A DNA stretch of 46,774 bases from SAR86 cluster bacterium (lineage in GTDB: Bacteria; Pseudomonadota; Gammaproteobacteria; Magnimaribacterales; D2472): assembly GCA_003331545.1 (NCBI GenBank), contig QOPC01000004.1, positions 1-46,774 on the forward strand, written 5' to 3'. Below, piece after piece: positions 45,096 through 46,774 of the stretch. The position numbers and the translations under genes were made by a program. The first letter of the stretch is position 1, and each line of letters opens with the position of its first letter. The notes below the pieces were generated by a model. The model was not told the DNA's origin, did no database searches, and was given only the letters and a program-made list of their open reading frames with translations.

Positions 45096-46213
45096 TAAGA
45101 ATAACTGCAGATTCTCAGATACCTGAAATCGAGAATAGTTTAGCTGAGTTTCTCAAGGCTGATTATTCTATAGATTATTTTGATTCAAATACCCTCACTG
45201 CTTGTGATCTAAAAAACACAGACGCTTTATTGGTTCGATCTACTTTATCTGTAAATCAAGCGCTATGCCAGGACACCAAAATCAGCTTTGTAGCATCTGC
45301 AACAGCTGGAATTAATCACTTAGATATAGACTATTTAGATAGCAAAAATATCAGTTGGTCCTATGCTCCTGGATGTAATGCTTTTAGCGTAATCCATTAT
45401 GTGCTGGCAGCAATTGGTGAATTGATAAAAGATGGAATGTTGAATGTAAGACAGAGCATTGGCATTGTAGGCTATGGCAATATTGGCAAAAGACTATATA
45501 AACTTCTCAAAGCTCTAAATTTTGAAGTTTATGCATGTGACCCATTTTTAGCAAACCCTGAATTGGTTTCTTTGGATAAGGTGCTTGCATGTGATTTAGT
45601 AACCATTCATGTTCCGCTTTCTGCTAGTGGCCAATATCCAACATTGAATATAATAAATGAGTCTCATATAGAAAAACTTTCAAACAAGATCCTCATTAAT
45701 ACATCTAGGGGGGAGGTTGTATCTGAAGAGCTTGTGCTGCAATCTCAAGACCTAATTTATATTGCTGATGTTTGGATGAACGAGCCTTCGCCGTCTTTAA
45801 AAATGATAGAAACATCTTATATTGCAACGCCTCACATTGCAGGTTACAGCATAGAGGGAAGATTGAATGGAGCTAAAATTATTGCTAAGGAGTGTGCAAA
45901 AATATTTAAATGCTTGAAGCCCAGCGAAACTAAAACTGTACAGCCTTCTGCATGGCCTTATGATCTTAATAATATAGTTCGAGATATTCATAATGTTTCA
46001 TTCCCTATTTCACTTTTTAATAGCGAGCTAGATCTAAAATCAATTTCAGATTCATTTAAAAAACTTTCAATTGCAAATTTAGAAAGTGGTTTTAGGTTGC
46101 AAAGAGAAAGTCATTCTCCAAGAAATGATTTTAATTCCTTCTCATTTAAGGGTATTAGTGAGCTAGATCAAGAGCTAGATCTAGGATTTTTCAATGAATT
46201 AGGAGGAGCATGA
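45092..46213 (+). CDS. pdxB: Erythronate-4-phosphate dehydrogenase
   Basis: DALLVRS, ATAG.NHLD, APGCNA, GIVGYGNIG, HVPL, INTSRG, ATPHIAGYSIEG. Confidence 0.92.
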   Translation: MIRITADSQIPEIENSLAEFLKADYSIDYFDSNTLTACDLKNTDALLVRSTLSVNQALCQDTKISFVASATAGINHLDIDYLDSKNISWSYAPGCNAFSVIHYVLAAIGELIKDGMLNVRQSIGIVGYGNIGKRLYKLLKALNFEVYACDPFLANPELVSLDKVLACDLVTIHVPLSASGQYPTLNIINESHIEKLSNKILINTSRGEVVSEELVLQSQDLIYIADVWMNEPSPSLKMIETSYIATPHIAGYSIEGRLNGAKIIAKECAKIFKCLKPSETKTVQPSAWPYDLNNIVRDIHNVSFPISLFNSELDLKSISDSFKKLSIANLESGFRLQRESHSPRNDFNSFSFKGISELDQELDLGFFNELGGA

Positions 46214-46774
46214 GATCTCTAAATCTTTTGCCCAGTCTGGAGATCTACTAGCAAAATACTCGAATTGTTCCAACTCATCATAGGGATGAGTAATTACCTG
46301 AATTAAAGTCTCAAGCACAGAGAGATTTAAATTTTCTGCTGCTTCAATTGCTTCTTGAGCCATGTAATTTCTAAGAATAAATTTGGGATTATTTTTATTT
46401 ATAAGTGATACTTTCCCCTCAATAGATGAAGGCTCAATTTTATGTCGAGCTTGATAGGATTTTATCCAGGACTTAGCAATATGTGTATTGAGTTCAGGAG
46501 TTTCCTCGTTGGTTATGGCTTGAGAAATATTTCTAAATGTATTTGTATAATCTAACTTTTCAGATTCCATAATATCCAATAAACCTTGAATTAATTGCGC
46601 ATCATCTTTATTTAATTTTATAAGCCCAAGTTTTTTTTGATAAAGCTTAGCTAGAGTTTTTTGAAAAATTGGCTCGTATGTTTGCAAAATCTCACCTTGG
46701 CTTTCTTCAGAAACTAAAGATGATAGGGCATGACCAAGAGCAGAACAGTTCCATAATCCTATATATGGCTGATT
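46199..46774 (-). CDS. selO: Protein adenylyltransferase SelO (YdiU), C-terminal part (truncated by window edge)
   Basis: Frame open to the window end (NQPYIGLWNC..L), DYT.TFR, NPKFILRNYMAQEAI, PDWA....SCSS C-terminus. Confidence 0.92.
   Translation of the reverse strand, partial: NQPYIGLWNCSALGHALSSLVSEESQGEILQTYEPIFQKTLAKLYQKKLGLIKLNKDDAQLIQGLLDIMESEKLDYTNTFRNISQAITNEETPELNTHIAKSWIKSYQARHKIEPSSIEGKVSLINKNNPKFILRNYMAQEAIEAAENLNLSVLETLIQVITHPYDELEQFEYFASRSPDWAKDLEISCSS

Noticed and set aside
46025-46181. Three copies of GAGCTAGATC near the pdxB 3' end
   Set aside because: All are in-frame E-L-D codons, irregularly spaced and too short for CRISPR or REP elements.
46199-46215. Selenocysteine recoding at the SelO C-terminus
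   Set aside because: The protein ends ISCSS followed by TAA; there is no in-frame TGA.

Overview
A 46.8-kb, AT-rich (about one-third GC by eye), very gene-dense core-genome segment of a streamlined gammaproteobacterium. Gene order, short or overlapping junctions and protein style suggest a marine oligotroph such as SAR86 (inference). Contents in order: surE(partial)-pcm-DUF368-nlpD, fdxA, recA with a LexA box, a thiolase, a short proS, fmdB-aspS-yebC-[PD-(D/E)XK nuclease]-ybgC-tolQRAB-pal-cpoB-tRNA-Lys, a nucleotide-transporter-like MFS, bepA, perM, bcp, dapA-bamC-purC, iscRSUA-fdx-iscX, ndk-rlmN-rodZ-ispG-hisS-yfgM-bamB-der, sdhCDAB-sucAB-lpd-sucCD, a MATE pump, an acyltransferase, pdxB and partial selO. 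I saw no mobile elements, CRISPR arrays or rRNA. The top observation is that the ruvC-ruvA-ruvB slot between yebC and ybgC-tolQ holds a single 140-aa archaeal/phage Hjc-type nuclease, a candidate one-gene replacement for RuvABC. Other oddities: an ISC operon lacking hscBA with a variant IscU (LPPIK motif, N-terminal insertion), a probable ATT-initiated gene, a ProRS lacking its editing domain, and an IscR operator embedded in the end of purC with a possibly leaderless iscR mRNA. Family assignments come from motif recognition, not database searches.
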